Source of the DNA: a virus
Lineage: Duplodnaviria > Caudoviricetes
Virus record (IMG/VR): IMGVR_UViG_3300037047_000294
Span: 1 to 38,815 of that record
DNA: 38,815 bases
Strand: one strand, 5' to 3'
A model generated the notes under the pieces. That model did no database searches and was not told the DNA's origin. It was given only the letters and a program-made list of their open reading frames with translations. The position numbers and the translations under genes are program-made. The first letter of the stretch is position 1. Every line of letters begins with the position of its first letter. Of this stretch, positions 9,069 through 18,009 are shown one piece after another.

Positions 9069-9593
9069 TTACCTCGTAACTTCGTTTAGAACATTAAAGT
9101 TATAGTTCAACAGCACATATTTTTTCCAGTTATCAAATATGCCCGCCGCACATTCTGAATGGCTTTTATAAGGACCGAAAAGGCCCCAGTTGCCGATGTG
9201 ATAATATTCGCCCGTCATCATGTCCAGGCAGATGCAGACGGCGTGCCCTTCTTGTTTTCCGTCTTCTTTATCGTGATAAACTATTAAAATATTCGAATCG
9301 AGATCATGCCTTAACATCCTGCAAACATACAGGCAGAATAAAGCCCAATCGTCACAGTCGCCGGCCTTGCGCCAGGCGAAATATTCCGGGTGCATGGCGA
9401 AATCGATCTTGCCGTCGTATTTATAAGTGAAATTCCTCTGGCAGTAGTCGTTAAATATCGATAAAAACTGAAAACGGTTGATAGATTTAAGCTCCGGGTT
9501 GGTAAAAATTTTAGTTATATCAACGATGTTCCCGATTAATTTATTGCCGAAATACTGTATATTTCGAACCCACTTTTTAAATAAATATTGCAT
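9069..9593 (-). CDS. transglutaminase-like cysteine-protease fold protein
   Basis: GDCDDWA and GHAVC motifs; ATG 9593 with GGAGG SD. Confidence 0.7.
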   Translation of the reverse strand: MQYLFKKWVRNIQYFGNKLIGNIVDITKIFTNPELKSINRFQFLSIFNDYCQRNFTYKYDGKIDFAMHPEYFAWRKAGDCDDWALFCLYVCRMLRHDLDSNILIVYHDKEDGKQEGHAVCICLDMMTGEYYHIGNWGLFGPYKSHSECAAGIFDNWKKYVLLNYNFNVLNEVTR

Positions 9594-9602
9594 GACGCCT
9601 CC

Positions 9603-9631
9603 TTGACTTTGTTTGATTTTTGCGCTATAAT
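9603..9631 (+). promoter_or_regulatory. sigma70 promoter antisense to the packaging operon
   Basis: TTGACT-N17-TATAAT; predicted start about 9637-9638. Confidence 0.75.
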
Positions 9632-9636
9632 TTAAT

Positions 9637-9743
9637 AAAGGTTCCGGCCGACGCGGTGAATCTCCCGGCCGTGCTTCCATCGGTGTGAACTGGTGTTAGA
9701 GAGCTATTGGAGGGCGTGTGGGAGTCCTCCCCGGAACCTTTTT
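9637..9743 (+). ncRNA. candidate structured ncRNA (four-way junction with loop-loop pseudoknot)
   Basis: 11-bp closing stem, three hairpins (one with a GNRA loop), G-U pairs that work only on the + strand, upstream promoter, U-run at the 3' end. Confidence 0.7.
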
Positions 9744-10944
9744 ATAATTCATCTTTTATTATGATTACTCCCGGTTGTCTTTTTTTTCGCTCTATATCGG
9801 CCATGCTCGAATATCTGTATGACACCACAAATAAACTCTCTCTACTTTTTGTTGTTTTCAGAACAATGTATAATATTTGTCCTTCTCGTTTGGCAAAAAT
9901 TCTTTTTAATTCGTGATCTTGTATTATGGTGTCAGCATTTTCTATAATATTCTGTATATTTTGAAAATTCGAAAAACGAATATCTTTGTGTGATTTTAGT
10001 TTTTCCGTCAAAGTATTTTCAGATAAATAAATGGTCTGCGATTTAGTTTTTAAATCTCTTTTTGCGTTTTCGCCCAAAATGGCTACTGGAAAGTCGTTTT
10101 TGATTTTTCCTTCAAAAAACATTTTAAATGGTGCGCCATTAATTAACTCTTGCACGCACGCTTTCGCCTCTGCATATTCATATTTATCAAAATTAGGCAT
10201 ATAACCGGCCTCGCCGGGGTTGTAATTCCAGCCCGCGTCCGGCGCCATTCGAACGCCTGTTTTCGGATCGATGTAACGGGTGATCTCGGCCGGCCGGCCG
10301 CCGGCGCTTTGTGTAATAGTTTCAAAATCGGCCGCTTTAGTGGTTTCCGGCGTAATGTTCATGCCGCCGAGCTGTTCGGCGCGCAGCGCGCGTATTCGGC
10401 AGCGGCAGTTAAAGCCGTTCGGCGGATAATGCGTTTTCCAGAAAGCGTCGTCATACCTGAAAACTTTTCCATTAAGCGCGGCATGTGCCGGCCGCGTCAG
10501 GCCGTCCATTACGGCGAGATATTGCCAGTATGGCCGGTCGTCGGCGTTCTCGATCATTTCGCGGTAGCGTCCGGCCATATACGCGCTCTGTGTGTTGGTC
10601 TGGTATATAGTTTTCAAGCGATGCGGCGTTATAAAGGTTTCTTTTCCTTCTTCGTTTACAACACGCCCCCAGAAGCCCTTTTTTATTAATTGCGGCTGCA
10701 AGTTTTTTTGAAATTCCTTGAATGTGAGGCCGTTTTCAATGGAGTTTAAAACTTCATCGCGCACGGTTTTTAAAACATCGAGCTTTAAAACGCGCGACAT
10801 GGTAAACGCTTTCGCGTTCGCTTCCTGCCATAACGAATGCCAGTCTGAAGAAATAGCGAGTCCTTTTGAGCCGAAATACTCGATTACTTTCTCCGGCGGC
10901 AGATTGCACGCGTATGCCAGGTCTATATTTTTTAAATCGGCCAT
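9742..10944 (-). CDS. MuF/gp30 minor head protein with C-terminal PBECR-like nuclease domain
   Basis: RLKTIYQTN, RPYWQY, HYPPNGFNCRC core; C-terminal SH...IIENAD...YIVLK...LFVVSYR. Confidence 0.9.
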   Translation of the reverse strand: MADLKNIDLAYACNLPPEKVIEYFGSKGLAISSDWHSLWQEANAKAFTMSRVLKLDVLKTVRDEVLNSIENGLTFKEFQKNLQPQLIKKGFWGRVVNEEGKETFITPHRLKTIYQTNTQSAYMAGRYREMIENADDRPYWQYLAVMDGLTRPAHAALNGKVFRYDDAFWKTHYPPNGFNCRCRIRALRAEQLGGMNITPETTKAADFETITQSAGGRPAEITRYIDPKTGVRMAPDAGWNYNPGEAGYMPNFDKYEYAEAKACVQELINGAPFKMFFEGKIKNDFPVAILGENAKRDLKTKSQTIYLSENTLTEKLKSHKDIRFSNFQNIQNIIENADTIIQDHELKRIFAKREGQILYIVLKTTKSRESLFVVSYRYSSMADIERKKRQPGVIIIKDEL

Positions 10945-10945
10945 A

Positions 10946-12511
10946 TTATTTTCCTTCGTTCTGAACGCTCGCCCGGCCCATCAGGTCTGAAACGAATATC
11001 ATTTTCGCCAGTGATTGCTGTATCTGGTCAATATCCATATCCGGGTATAGCGCGGCTAACTTATCCTGAACATCATTGTAATCGGCCCCGGCGCGTACCA
11101 TATCAAATATGGGCGTCATAACGCCGTCCATTTGCTTTTGAAGCGCACCCGGCGTCAGTGAGTCGCTTAAATTGTCTATTTTCTGCTGGTCTATAAACCG
11201 CGGCTTTTTTTCACTTTCGGCAAACTGCTTTGCCAGTTCCGACTTTAGCTCGCCGGCTAAAATTCCGCCGGCATTATTATCGACGCCTTTAATATCTCGT
11301 TCATAAGCCGCAGGGTCAACAATTTCAAAATCTTCCTCTTCAAAGCCATAATTTTTAATATAATACTGTTTGCTGAATTTAACGCCGGTTTCGCTTAATA
11401 TTTTATCGCGTTCCGCGAGCTTTATATCGACGTCTTCTTCGGTCCACAAAGAAAAAACCGGCTCGATGCCGTCGTTGAAATTCAGTTCGCAGGTCCAGCT
11501 TATTAACTGCTTAAAAGTATTTTCAACGAGCCGTTTATCGGTGTTAAGAAAGTCGCCACGTATATCCGCGTGTACTTTGCCGAGCGCCTGTGAGCCTACC
11601 TTTCCCTGTTCGGTAGTTAAAGTCTGGCCGAGAATAGCTTTCGATATTTCAGTATTGCAGGCTTGAATAAGCTCGTTGTAGATTTGTGAATTGGCGCTTT
11701 TGCTATCTGCGTTTAAAAATTCAACGCTCGTGTCGTCGGGCGTTACTAATATAGCGTCCTGCACGGCATTTTCAAGACTGTTTTCTAATTTGTTAATATC
11801 GGTAGTATCGGTTCCGCGCGGTACTTTTGCCCAGATGGTAGGCATGCCGTATTTTTCAGCAAAAACTACCCAGAATTTCAAGCCGCCTTTTTTGAAGGAT
11901 GCCGGCCATAAAACAGACGACATAATACGGCGGCCGAAAGGATTATTATATGTCGCGTCGTGTTTTGGAACGAGGAATTTTTTATCAGGCACAGCTTCGC
12001 CGTCATATTTTTGCCTGGACTTAAACAGAAGCGAATTATCCGCTTCTTTAAAGGTAAACCATTCCGGCGGTTTTGCTATAATGTTGTATGGAATAATGTA
12101 TTTGCCCTGTTTTTTCCATATAATTTCAAGCGGCTGAAAGCCGTAGTAAGGCGTATTAAGTATTTCGGATATAACCGTGTATATGTCAGTATCATTGAAT
12201 ATTTCTTCGATTAATCCAGCCTGCTTCGTTTTTTTCTTTTCTTTGCGGTCGATTGACCATTCCATTGATAAAACGCCATTTTTACGCGACTGCACGCAAG
12301 CTGATATATGCGGATCGTACATAAGCTCGCGATAAACCTCTATGTCATTGCCCTGTTTTCTCAGTATCGGGTCAGGATCGGGCAGGTAATGCAAAAAGGC
12401 GGTAAAATTATAGGAATTTTGCCGGGTGGCGATTTCGTCGGAAAGCATTCTTTTATTAACGTTTCCGTTAAAATCAACGAAATTGTGTTTATCGATCCAA
12501 AATTTGCTCAT
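10946..12511 (-). CDS. portal protein (Mu gp29/DUF935-like)
   Basis: FAEKYGMP, ISKAILGQTLTT, GSQALGKVH. Confidence 0.93.
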   Translation of the reverse strand: MSKFWIDKHNFVDFNGNVNKRMLSDEIATRQNSYNFTAFLHYLPDPDPILRKQGNDIEVYRELMYDPHISACVQSRKNGVLSMEWSIDRKEKKKTKQAGLIEEIFNDTDIYTVISEILNTPYYGFQPLEIIWKKQGKYIIPYNIIAKPPEWFTFKEADNSLLFKSRQKYDGEAVPDKKFLVPKHDATYNNPFGRRIMSSVLWPASFKKGGLKFWVVFAEKYGMPTIWAKVPRGTDTTDINKLENSLENAVQDAILVTPDDTSVEFLNADSKSANSQIYNELIQACNTEISKAILGQTLTTEQGKVGSQALGKVHADIRGDFLNTDKRLVENTFKQLISWTCELNFNDGIEPVFSLWTEEDVDIKLAERDKILSETGVKFSKQYYIKNYGFEEEDFEIVDPAAYERDIKGVDNNAGGILAGELKSELAKQFAESEKKPRFIDQQKIDNLSDSLTPGALQKQMDGVMTPIFDMVRAGADYNDVQDKLAALYPDMDIDQIQQSLAKMIFVSDLMGRASVQNEGK

Positions 12512-12523
12512 AATTATCTCCCG

Positions 12524-13891
12524 TTAATATTTTTCTGTATCTATACGCATTTTGCGGCGTTTTCGCGAATGAATAAACGTCATTTCGCTTGCCGTGGCGG
12601 CCGCGCGTACCGCGAGCGCTCCGGACCAGAAACGGTCGGCGTGCCCTAATTTATCGGATGCGTCGGCATCGAAGCGTACTCTATTGTCGGCCAGATTAAT
12701 TTTTCTGATAGAGTGAAAATCGTCGCGCACTTTATCATCACGAGGTAAAAATAATGTGCGGTCTTCCATTTTTATTCTAAGGTTCGTAGCCATTTCTTCT
12801 TTGCATCTGTTAGTGAACGTTACCGCTTCTACGCGCGATTTTCCGAAGTCAAACTCGGCGTCTTCGGCTAAATTCATGCCTATTCCCGTCGCATCGATGC
12901 AAGCTCTTCTGAAATTAGGATGTCTTAAATATTCGTATAAAATTTCTTTTTGCGTCTTGAATCGAGCTTTTTCAATTACATGATAGATTCTGGTATAGAG
13001 CCCGAGCCCAAGACGTTCAACCCCCCATATCACGCTTAAATGCCGGCGGCGGGCGATGTCCATTCCGATATGTAAATCGCCTTTAATCTCGCTTAAATCG
13101 TCGAGCAGTATATTGTCAATCGAGCAATTTTCAATCATTTCATAGCTTAAAAACGCAGTCGCTTCGTCTATGGCGCAGCATCCGTATTCTTGCAGCCAGG
13201 CCATTTCGTCGCCGCAGTCTTCGCGCTCGCGTGCCAGCCATTCGTCGCGCTCGGCTTTCGTCGTCGGGCGGCCGTATATTTTATCGACAAGCCCTTCATC
13301 AACCGCGGTTTGAATCGGCGTAGTATGGAGATTCCAGCGCAAACTTTCTTTTTTGATGCGTTCGATAAATTTATAAAATAGCGTCGATTGGCCGTTATGC
13401 GTAGAAAGGATGCGCAGCGGATAACCCCAGGTGATACAGGGCTTCGCGGCTTTCCACAGCAGGTCTTGATTGTCGTGATGAGCGAATTCGTCAAGGACTA
13501 CTTTTCCGCCCTTTGACCTGAAGCGTTTCGGATTCGACGACATGGCGGTTATTTTCGTGCCGTTAGCGAATTCGATAACATAGGTTTTAATATCTTTTTC
13601 GGGGTCTTTTAAAACGACTTCCTCGATGTCGCGGGCGGCCACGTCGAAGAGTTTAGTCCATTTTCTGCAATATTCGATGTATTCGCGGGCGGCCGAGTCG
13701 TCAGCCGATGAGAACCAAACGGCGGGCACTTTGCGTTTTACGCAATCGCGGACATCCTCGTAGCTCTGGACATAAGTCGCGCCTATGCGCCGCGACTTTT
13801 CCCAGATTTTTATCTTGCCGTCGTCGGCAAGCCATCTTGTTTGATATGGCAGAAAATATTTTTTATCATTCAAGGCCGAATTCCTTTTCAA
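12524..13891 (-). CDS. terminase large subunit (Mu gp28-like)
   Basis: FLPYQ, EKSRRIGAT, VVLDEFAHH, GMDIAR, IDATGIG, GHADRFW. Confidence 0.95.
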   Translation of the reverse strand: MKRNSALNDKKYFLPYQTRWLADDGKIKIWEKSRRIGATYVQSYEDVRDCVKRKVPAVWFSSADDSAAREYIEYCRKWTKLFDVAARDIEEVVLKDPEKDIKTYVIEFANGTKITAMSSNPKRFRSKGGKVVLDEFAHHDNQDLLWKAAKPCITWGYPLRILSTHNGQSTLFYKFIERIKKESLRWNLHTTPIQTAVDEGLVDKIYGRPTTKAERDEWLAREREDCGDEMAWLQEYGCCAIDEATAFLSYEMIENCSIDNILLDDLSEIKGDLHIGMDIARRRHLSVIWGVERLGLGLYTRIYHVIEKARFKTQKEILYEYLRHPNFRRACIDATGIGMNLAEDAEFDFGKSRVEAVTFTNRCKEEMATNLRIKMEDRTLFLPRDDKVRDDFHSIRKINLADNRVRFDADASDKLGHADRFWSGALAVRAAATASEMTFIHSRKRRKMRIDTEKY

Positions 13892-14282
13892 TCTTTTTAA
13901 TAGTCTCGGGGCTTATTACTTTCGGCTTGTTTTCGTTTGCCGCTTCACCTATGTTTTTAGTGTCTTCGTAGTCTTTGGCTTTTTTAGATTTATCAACAAG
14001 TTTGATGATTCTATCGAGCAGGTCGAGATTTGTTGCGCCGCCGGCTTCGCGCTGGTCCTTTAAATCTTTGATGAGCAGCCTGGTCAATACGTAAATATCC
14101 TCGTCGAGCTTTGTTTCCTGCTGCATACGCTGAAGGCGTTTCGCTTCCCAATTACCCTCTTTTTTCCAGTTGAAAAGGGTTTTTTCGGAAAGATTAAGCT
14201 GCTCGGCTATATCGGCCACGCTTTTAAAGCCGCTGACATACATTTTTTCGGCGGTTTCCAGATACGCTTCTTTTTTAGCCAT
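13866..14282 (-). CDS. probable terminase small subunit (HTH, DUF1804-like)
   Basis: IAEQLNLSEKTLFNWKKEGNW HTH; directly upstream of terL. Confidence 0.8.
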   Translation of the reverse strand: MAKKEAYLETAEKMYVSGFKSVADIAEQLNLSEKTLFNWKKEGNWEAKRLQRMQQETKLDEDIYVLTRLLIKDLKDQREAGGATNLDLLDRIIKLVDKSKKAKDYEDTKNIGEAANENKPKVISPETIKKIEKEFGLE

Positions 14283-14520
14283 TTATATCGCGCTCCAGTT
14301 GTTTTTTCTTGTTGGTGAGCCTTTTGATTTCGCTCTGGGTTTGCTTGATTTTATCGGCTTTGACGGCTGCCGTTTCAGCGTCGATGACGAGCAGGTCGTC
14401 TTCGTAAGGATTGTATAAGCCGCGCACTTCGCGCATATCTGCTACCATGTCTAAACTTAATTCGTTTATTTTATGTTTAGTTTCAGCCAGAAGCCCTTTC
14501 AGAGCAAGAACTTCATTCAT
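14275..14520 (-). CDS. coiled-coil hypothetical protein
   Basis: overlaps both neighbours in the operon. Confidence 0.7.
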   Translation of the reverse strand: MNEVLALKGLLAETKHKINELSLDMVADMREVRGLYNPYEDDLLVIDAETAAVKADKIKQTQSEIKRLTNKKKQLERDING

Positions 14521-14878
14521 TATTATCGCCGCCTTTATGTTTCATTTTTTGATTTTTAACGTTCATTAACGGGCAAAATTGGTTTGTTTCGATTTTTTCA
14601 ACCAGTTGTGTAAGTCGATGACTGTATAAATCCATTTTTTCAAGCAAATTTTTTATAAAATTTTGATTTTGAAGGTCTCTTGCTTTTAATTCGTCGAAAT
14701 GCAATTTATTGCTTTCATAGTACCTTTCAAATAACTTGTTTTCTCTTTCCATTATAGCCGTGTCGTTTTTTTCATCCTTTTTAATATAGAAATTAAAGAA
14801 GACGTATAAAACAATGGCGAGTACCACTACCGCGCTTCCTGTTTGTATTATCGATAAATAAAATTTTACTTCTTCCAT
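14513..14878 (-). CDS. single-TM plus coiled-coil protein (holin-like or Mu gp25-like)
   Basis: hydrophobic SAVVVLAIVLYVFF; start 14878 or 14899. Confidence 0.6.
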   Translation of the reverse strand: MEEVKFYLSIIQTGSAVVVLAIVLYVFFNFYIKKDEKNDTAIMERENKLFERYYESNKLHFDELKARDLQNQNFIKNLLEKMDLYSHRLTQLVEKIETNQFCPLMNVKNQKMKHKGGDNNE

Positions 14879-14920
14879 GGCTCTTTCCTTTCGTTTCATA
14901 AAAATCTAATATTTAAATCC

Positions 14921-15060
14921 ATTATATTTCAAGCGCGCGAAAAAAGTTAGTGAACGGGTTCGCTAATTTTTATAAGCCTTTTAGTGAACGGGTTCCGAAA
15001 AACTGATTTTAAAAGTAGTGAACGGGTTCAGTAATAACAACGGTTTTCTTTTGTTATCAT
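14921..15060. promoter_or_regulatory. divergent late promoters with three TAGTGAACGGGTTC sites
   Basis: repeats at 14948, 14982 and 15016; -10 boxes at 14921-14926 (-) and 15055-15060 (+). Confidence 0.75.
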
Positions 15061-15092
15061 GGGTTTATAAAAACATGAAAACGGGGTGTTTG

Positions 15093-16082
15093 ATGAAACG
15101 GTTCAACAAAGTAGCTGTATTTAAAGTAGGAACTCACACCGATAAAAACGGCCTTGAAAAAGACTGGACACCTGAAGAATTAAAAGAAGCCGCCGGCAAG
15201 TATAATCCGGAAACGGACGAAGTGCCAGTTGTAATCGGTCATCCGGCGTTAAATGCTCCGGCTTATGGCTGGGTCAAGAAACTCGAAAGCGACGGCACAC
15301 ATCTTTTTGCGGATCTGGAATTAACGGATGAATTTGCCGGATTAGTCGAGCAGGGCTATTTTAAAAAGCGGTCGATTTCAATCAACGACGATCTTACGGT
15401 AAATCACATAGGTTTTCTGGGCGCGAAAAAACCTGCCGTTAAGGGTTTGAAAGATATCCAGTTCAGCGAAAACAAATCATCGCGGGTAATAGAATTTATG
15501 CAAAATTTATCAGGAGGTAACGAAATGGAACTTAACGAAATGGAAAAGAAACTTCGTGAACAGGAACGCGAAAATCTGGCGAAGGATAAAACGCTGGTTG
15601 AAAAAGACAGGGCGATCAGCGAATTTTCCGAGAAAAACAAAACAGTCGAAGCCGAGAACAAAGCGCTGAAAGAAAAACTTCAGAAAATCGAGCGCGAAAA
15701 AAAACGCGCGGAGTTCAGCGCGTTCTGTAAAGACGTTGAAAGCCTTACAGGCGATCAATGCGCCGCGGCCATAGATTTTATGGAAATACTCGACGAACGC
15801 GGCACATATAAATTCGCTGAAGGCGGAGAAAAATCGGCAGTTGAAAAGTTTCAGGAATTTTTAAAACGGCTGCCGAAAGCCGCCGAGTTCAGCGAAGTGG
15901 CTACCAGAGAGGCTGCTCATTCCGCCGCCGGCAATACTTCGGGCGCAAAAAAGAAACAGGAATTTTCGGCGCCGGCCGGAACGAATGTCGATGCGGCTGC
16001 ACTGGCTCACTTTAAAAGAGCTAAAGAATATGCGGCTAAAAACAACGTAAATTTTGAACTTGCCGTAATGGAAACGATTTAA
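15093..16082 (+). CDS. prohead protease/scaffold (Mu gp32 I/Z-like)
   Basis: PVVIGHP..APAYGWV, FKKRSIS, HIGFLGA..PAVKGL; coiled-coil C-half. Confidence 0.9.
   Translation: MKRFNKVAVFKVGTHTDKNGLEKDWTPEELKEAAGKYNPETDEVPVVIGHPALNAPAYGWVKKLESDGTHLFADLELTDEFAGLVEQGYFKKRSISINDDLTVNHIGFLGAKKPAVKGLKDIQFSENKSSRVIEFMQNLSGGNEMELNEMEKKLREQERENLAKDKTLVEKDRAISEFSEKNKTVEAENKALKEKLQKIEREKKRAEFSAFCKDVESLTGDQCAAAIDFMEILDERGTYKFAEGGEKSAVEKFQEFLKRLPKAAEFSEVATREAAHSAAGNTSGAKKKQEFSAPAGTNVDAAALAHFKRAKEYAAKNNVNFELAVMETI
15525..16082 (+). CDS. nested in-frame scaffold protein (Z-like)
   Basis: AGGAGG at 15512-15517 before in-frame ATG 15525, at the start of the coiled coil. Confidence 0.7.
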   Translation: MELNEMEKKLREQERENLAKDKTLVEKDRAISEFSEKNKTVEAENKALKEKLQKIEREKKRAEFSAFCKDVESLTGDQCAAAIDFMEILDERGTYKFAEGGEKSAVEKFQEFLKRLPKAAEFSEVATREAAHSAAGNTSGAKKKQEFSAPAGTNVDAAALAHFKRAKEYAAKNNVNFELAVMETI

Positions 16083-16149
16083 TTTAAACGGTTTTTAAAC
16101 GGGTGATTATATAAGCAAAAAGATATTTTAAAATAACCAGGAGGTAATT

Positions 16150-17082
16150 ATGGACAGGTTAAAAAATCTAAGAATGGTAGATCCGATTTTGACGGATATA
16201 GCGATAGGGTTTTCGAATTCGGAATTCATAGCCGAAAGATTTTGCCCGATCGTGCCGGTCAATAAAGAAGAATCGGAAATACCGGTATTCGACAAAACCG
16301 CGTTTTTGATTTATAGAACCGAACGCGCTCCGCGCGGCGCTACCAATCTGATGAAGCCCAGCGAATTAAGCAAAATACCGTTGATAACGGGCGAACACGA
16401 CCTGGCTTATCCTATCGATTATCGCGAAGACAAAGAATCGATGTATCCGCTTAAAATGCTCGGCACGAGAACGGTAGTAAACGGCATCCAGTTAAGACGC
16501 GAAAAAATGGCGGCCGATCTTCTGCAGGACCTCGCGACATATCCGGCGGGCCATAAGGTAACATTATCGGCCGACAATAAATGGACCAATAAAACGAAGT
16601 CGGACCCGATCGAGCAGATAAAAGCGGCTAAAAGCCAGATAAGAAAAGCAATAGGCAAATATCCTAACCGCCTCGGTCTCGGCGTTACCGCTTTCGAAGC
16701 GTTGCAGGATCACCCGGCGATCATCGAAAGGATTAAATATTCGAAAGAAGCCATAGTAACGGTCGAAGACCTGAAAAGAATTCTCGGTTTCGATGAAATC
16801 GTAATCGGACTCGGCATCTACGCGGACAAGCCTAACGGCCAGTTCTTCGACCTGTGGGAAGATAACGCCATAATGGCATACGTTCCGACAAAATCGACCG
16901 GCGAATTAAGAATACCCGAAGAGCCTTCCTTCGGTTATACGCCGCGCAGAAAAGGAAATCCGTATGTTGACTCATATTTCACCGAAGGCGGAAAAGTCGA
17001 AAACGTAAGAAATACAGATAACTTCGGCGTAGCTGTCGTGTGGCCCAGCGCGGGATACATAATCAAAGATACCTGCGCATAA
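16150..17082 (+). CDS. major capsid protein
   Basis: VDPILTDIAIGF, SDPIEQI, PSFGYT, AGYIIKD; size and position after the protease. Confidence 0.88.
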   Translation: MDRLKNLRMVDPILTDIAIGFSNSEFIAERFCPIVPVNKEESEIPVFDKTAFLIYRTERAPRGATNLMKPSELSKIPLITGEHDLAYPIDYREDKESMYPLKMLGTRTVVNGIQLRREKMAADLLQDLATYPAGHKVTLSADNKWTNKTKSDPIEQIKAAKSQIRKAIGKYPNRLGLGVTAFEALQDHPAIIERIKYSKEAIVTVEDLKRILGFDEIVIGLGIYADKPNGQFFDLWEDNAIMAYVPTKSTGELRIPEEPSFGYTPRRKGNPYVDSYFTEGGKVENVRNTDNFGVAVVWPSAGYIIKDTCA

Positions 17083-17142
17083 GAAAAAGAAAAGTCCAAA
17101 ACATGAATAGTACATTAACGAAATGACGGGAGGAAAGACTAC

Positions 17143-17553
17143 ATGGAACTAACTCAACATACTATACAGCAAATAACGATTAAAGCCGCTGCCGAAACGG
17201 TAAGAAGCCGTTTTATAGGCTTTGATGGCAATCATTGCGCGGCCGGCAAAAAGGCCGTCGGCGTCTCAGAATTCGACGGATATACCAACAAAAATATGCC
17301 CGTGCATACTTACGGCGTTGTAATAGTGGAAGCTGGCGCCGCCATTTTAGAAGCCGGTACGCCGGTAACAAGCGATGCAAACGGAAAGGCCGTGGCCGCT
17401 TCCGAACTCGCGCTTGCCGACGGCGCCGTTGGAGTAACTGCCGATGCGGCGGCTCCTACATTAACCGGGTCGATAACGCCGGAAGCGATTAACGGTTATG
17501 CCGTGACAACCGCGGCGGCAGCCGGTGAATTTATCCTGGTAAAATTGGTTTAA
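17143..17553 (+). CDS. capsid cement/decoration protein (DUF2190-like)
   Basis: VVIVEAGAAI..G.PVTSDANGKAV, AAAAGEFILV. Confidence 0.8.
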   Translation: MELTQHTIQQITIKAAAETVRSRFIGFDGNHCAAGKKAVGVSEFDGYTNKNMPVHTYGVVIVEAGAAILEAGTPVTSDANGKAVAASELALADGAVGVTADAAAPTLTGSITPEAINGYAVTTAAAAGEFILVKLV

Positions 17554-17580
17554 TAAAAATGAGAAAGGCGGAATAGCGTT

Positions 17581-18009
17581 ATGTATTGCACCATTACCGA
17601 CATTTTGAAATATCATTCCGAGGCGTCGTTAATCCAATTAAGCGACGACACCGACGCTCAGGCTGAAATAAACGAAACCGTCGTTAATGGCGCAATATCA
17701 GACGCCGCCGAGTTTATAGACGGCTTTTTACGCAGCCGGTATGCGCTGCCTTTCGTTACCGTGCCAAAATTGCTCGTTAAATTAGCCGTCGATGTGAGCA
17801 TTTATTATCTGCACCAGCGCCGGGTCGCTGAAATGCCTAAAACTATCGATGACGCTTATAAAAATGCGGTCAAGGCGCTCGAACAAATTCAGAAAGGATT
17901 GCTGCAAATTGGCGCGGAGGCAACATCCGGCCGTACACCGGGCGAATTCCGGGTTAATAAAACCGCTCAAGATAGGATTTTCCCAAAAGACATCTTAAAA
18001 CTTTATTAG
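17581..18009 (+). CDS. head-tail adaptor (Mu gp36/DUF1320-like)
   Basis: MYCT..DI, IDGFLRSRYALP, YKNAVKALEQIQKG. Confidence 0.9.
   Translation: MYCTITDILKYHSEASLIQLSDDTDAQAEINETVVNGAISDAAEFIDGFLRSRYALPFVTVPKLLVKLAVDVSIYYLHQRRVAEMPKTIDDAYKNAVKALEQIQKGLLQIGAEATSGRTPGEFRVNKTAQDRIFPKDILKLY

Noticed and set aside
9594-9916. ORF 9707-9916 (+) and the upstream extension of 9069-9680 (-)
   Set aside because: No convincing SD; they overlap the structured RNA and MuF; a better start exists at 9593
14948-15029. Regularly spaced repeats as a mini CRISPR array or LexA boxes
   Set aside because: Repeat is only 14 bp with 20-bp gaps and no cas genes; core is GAAC-N2-GTTC, not the Gram-positive SOS box GAAC-N4-GTTC
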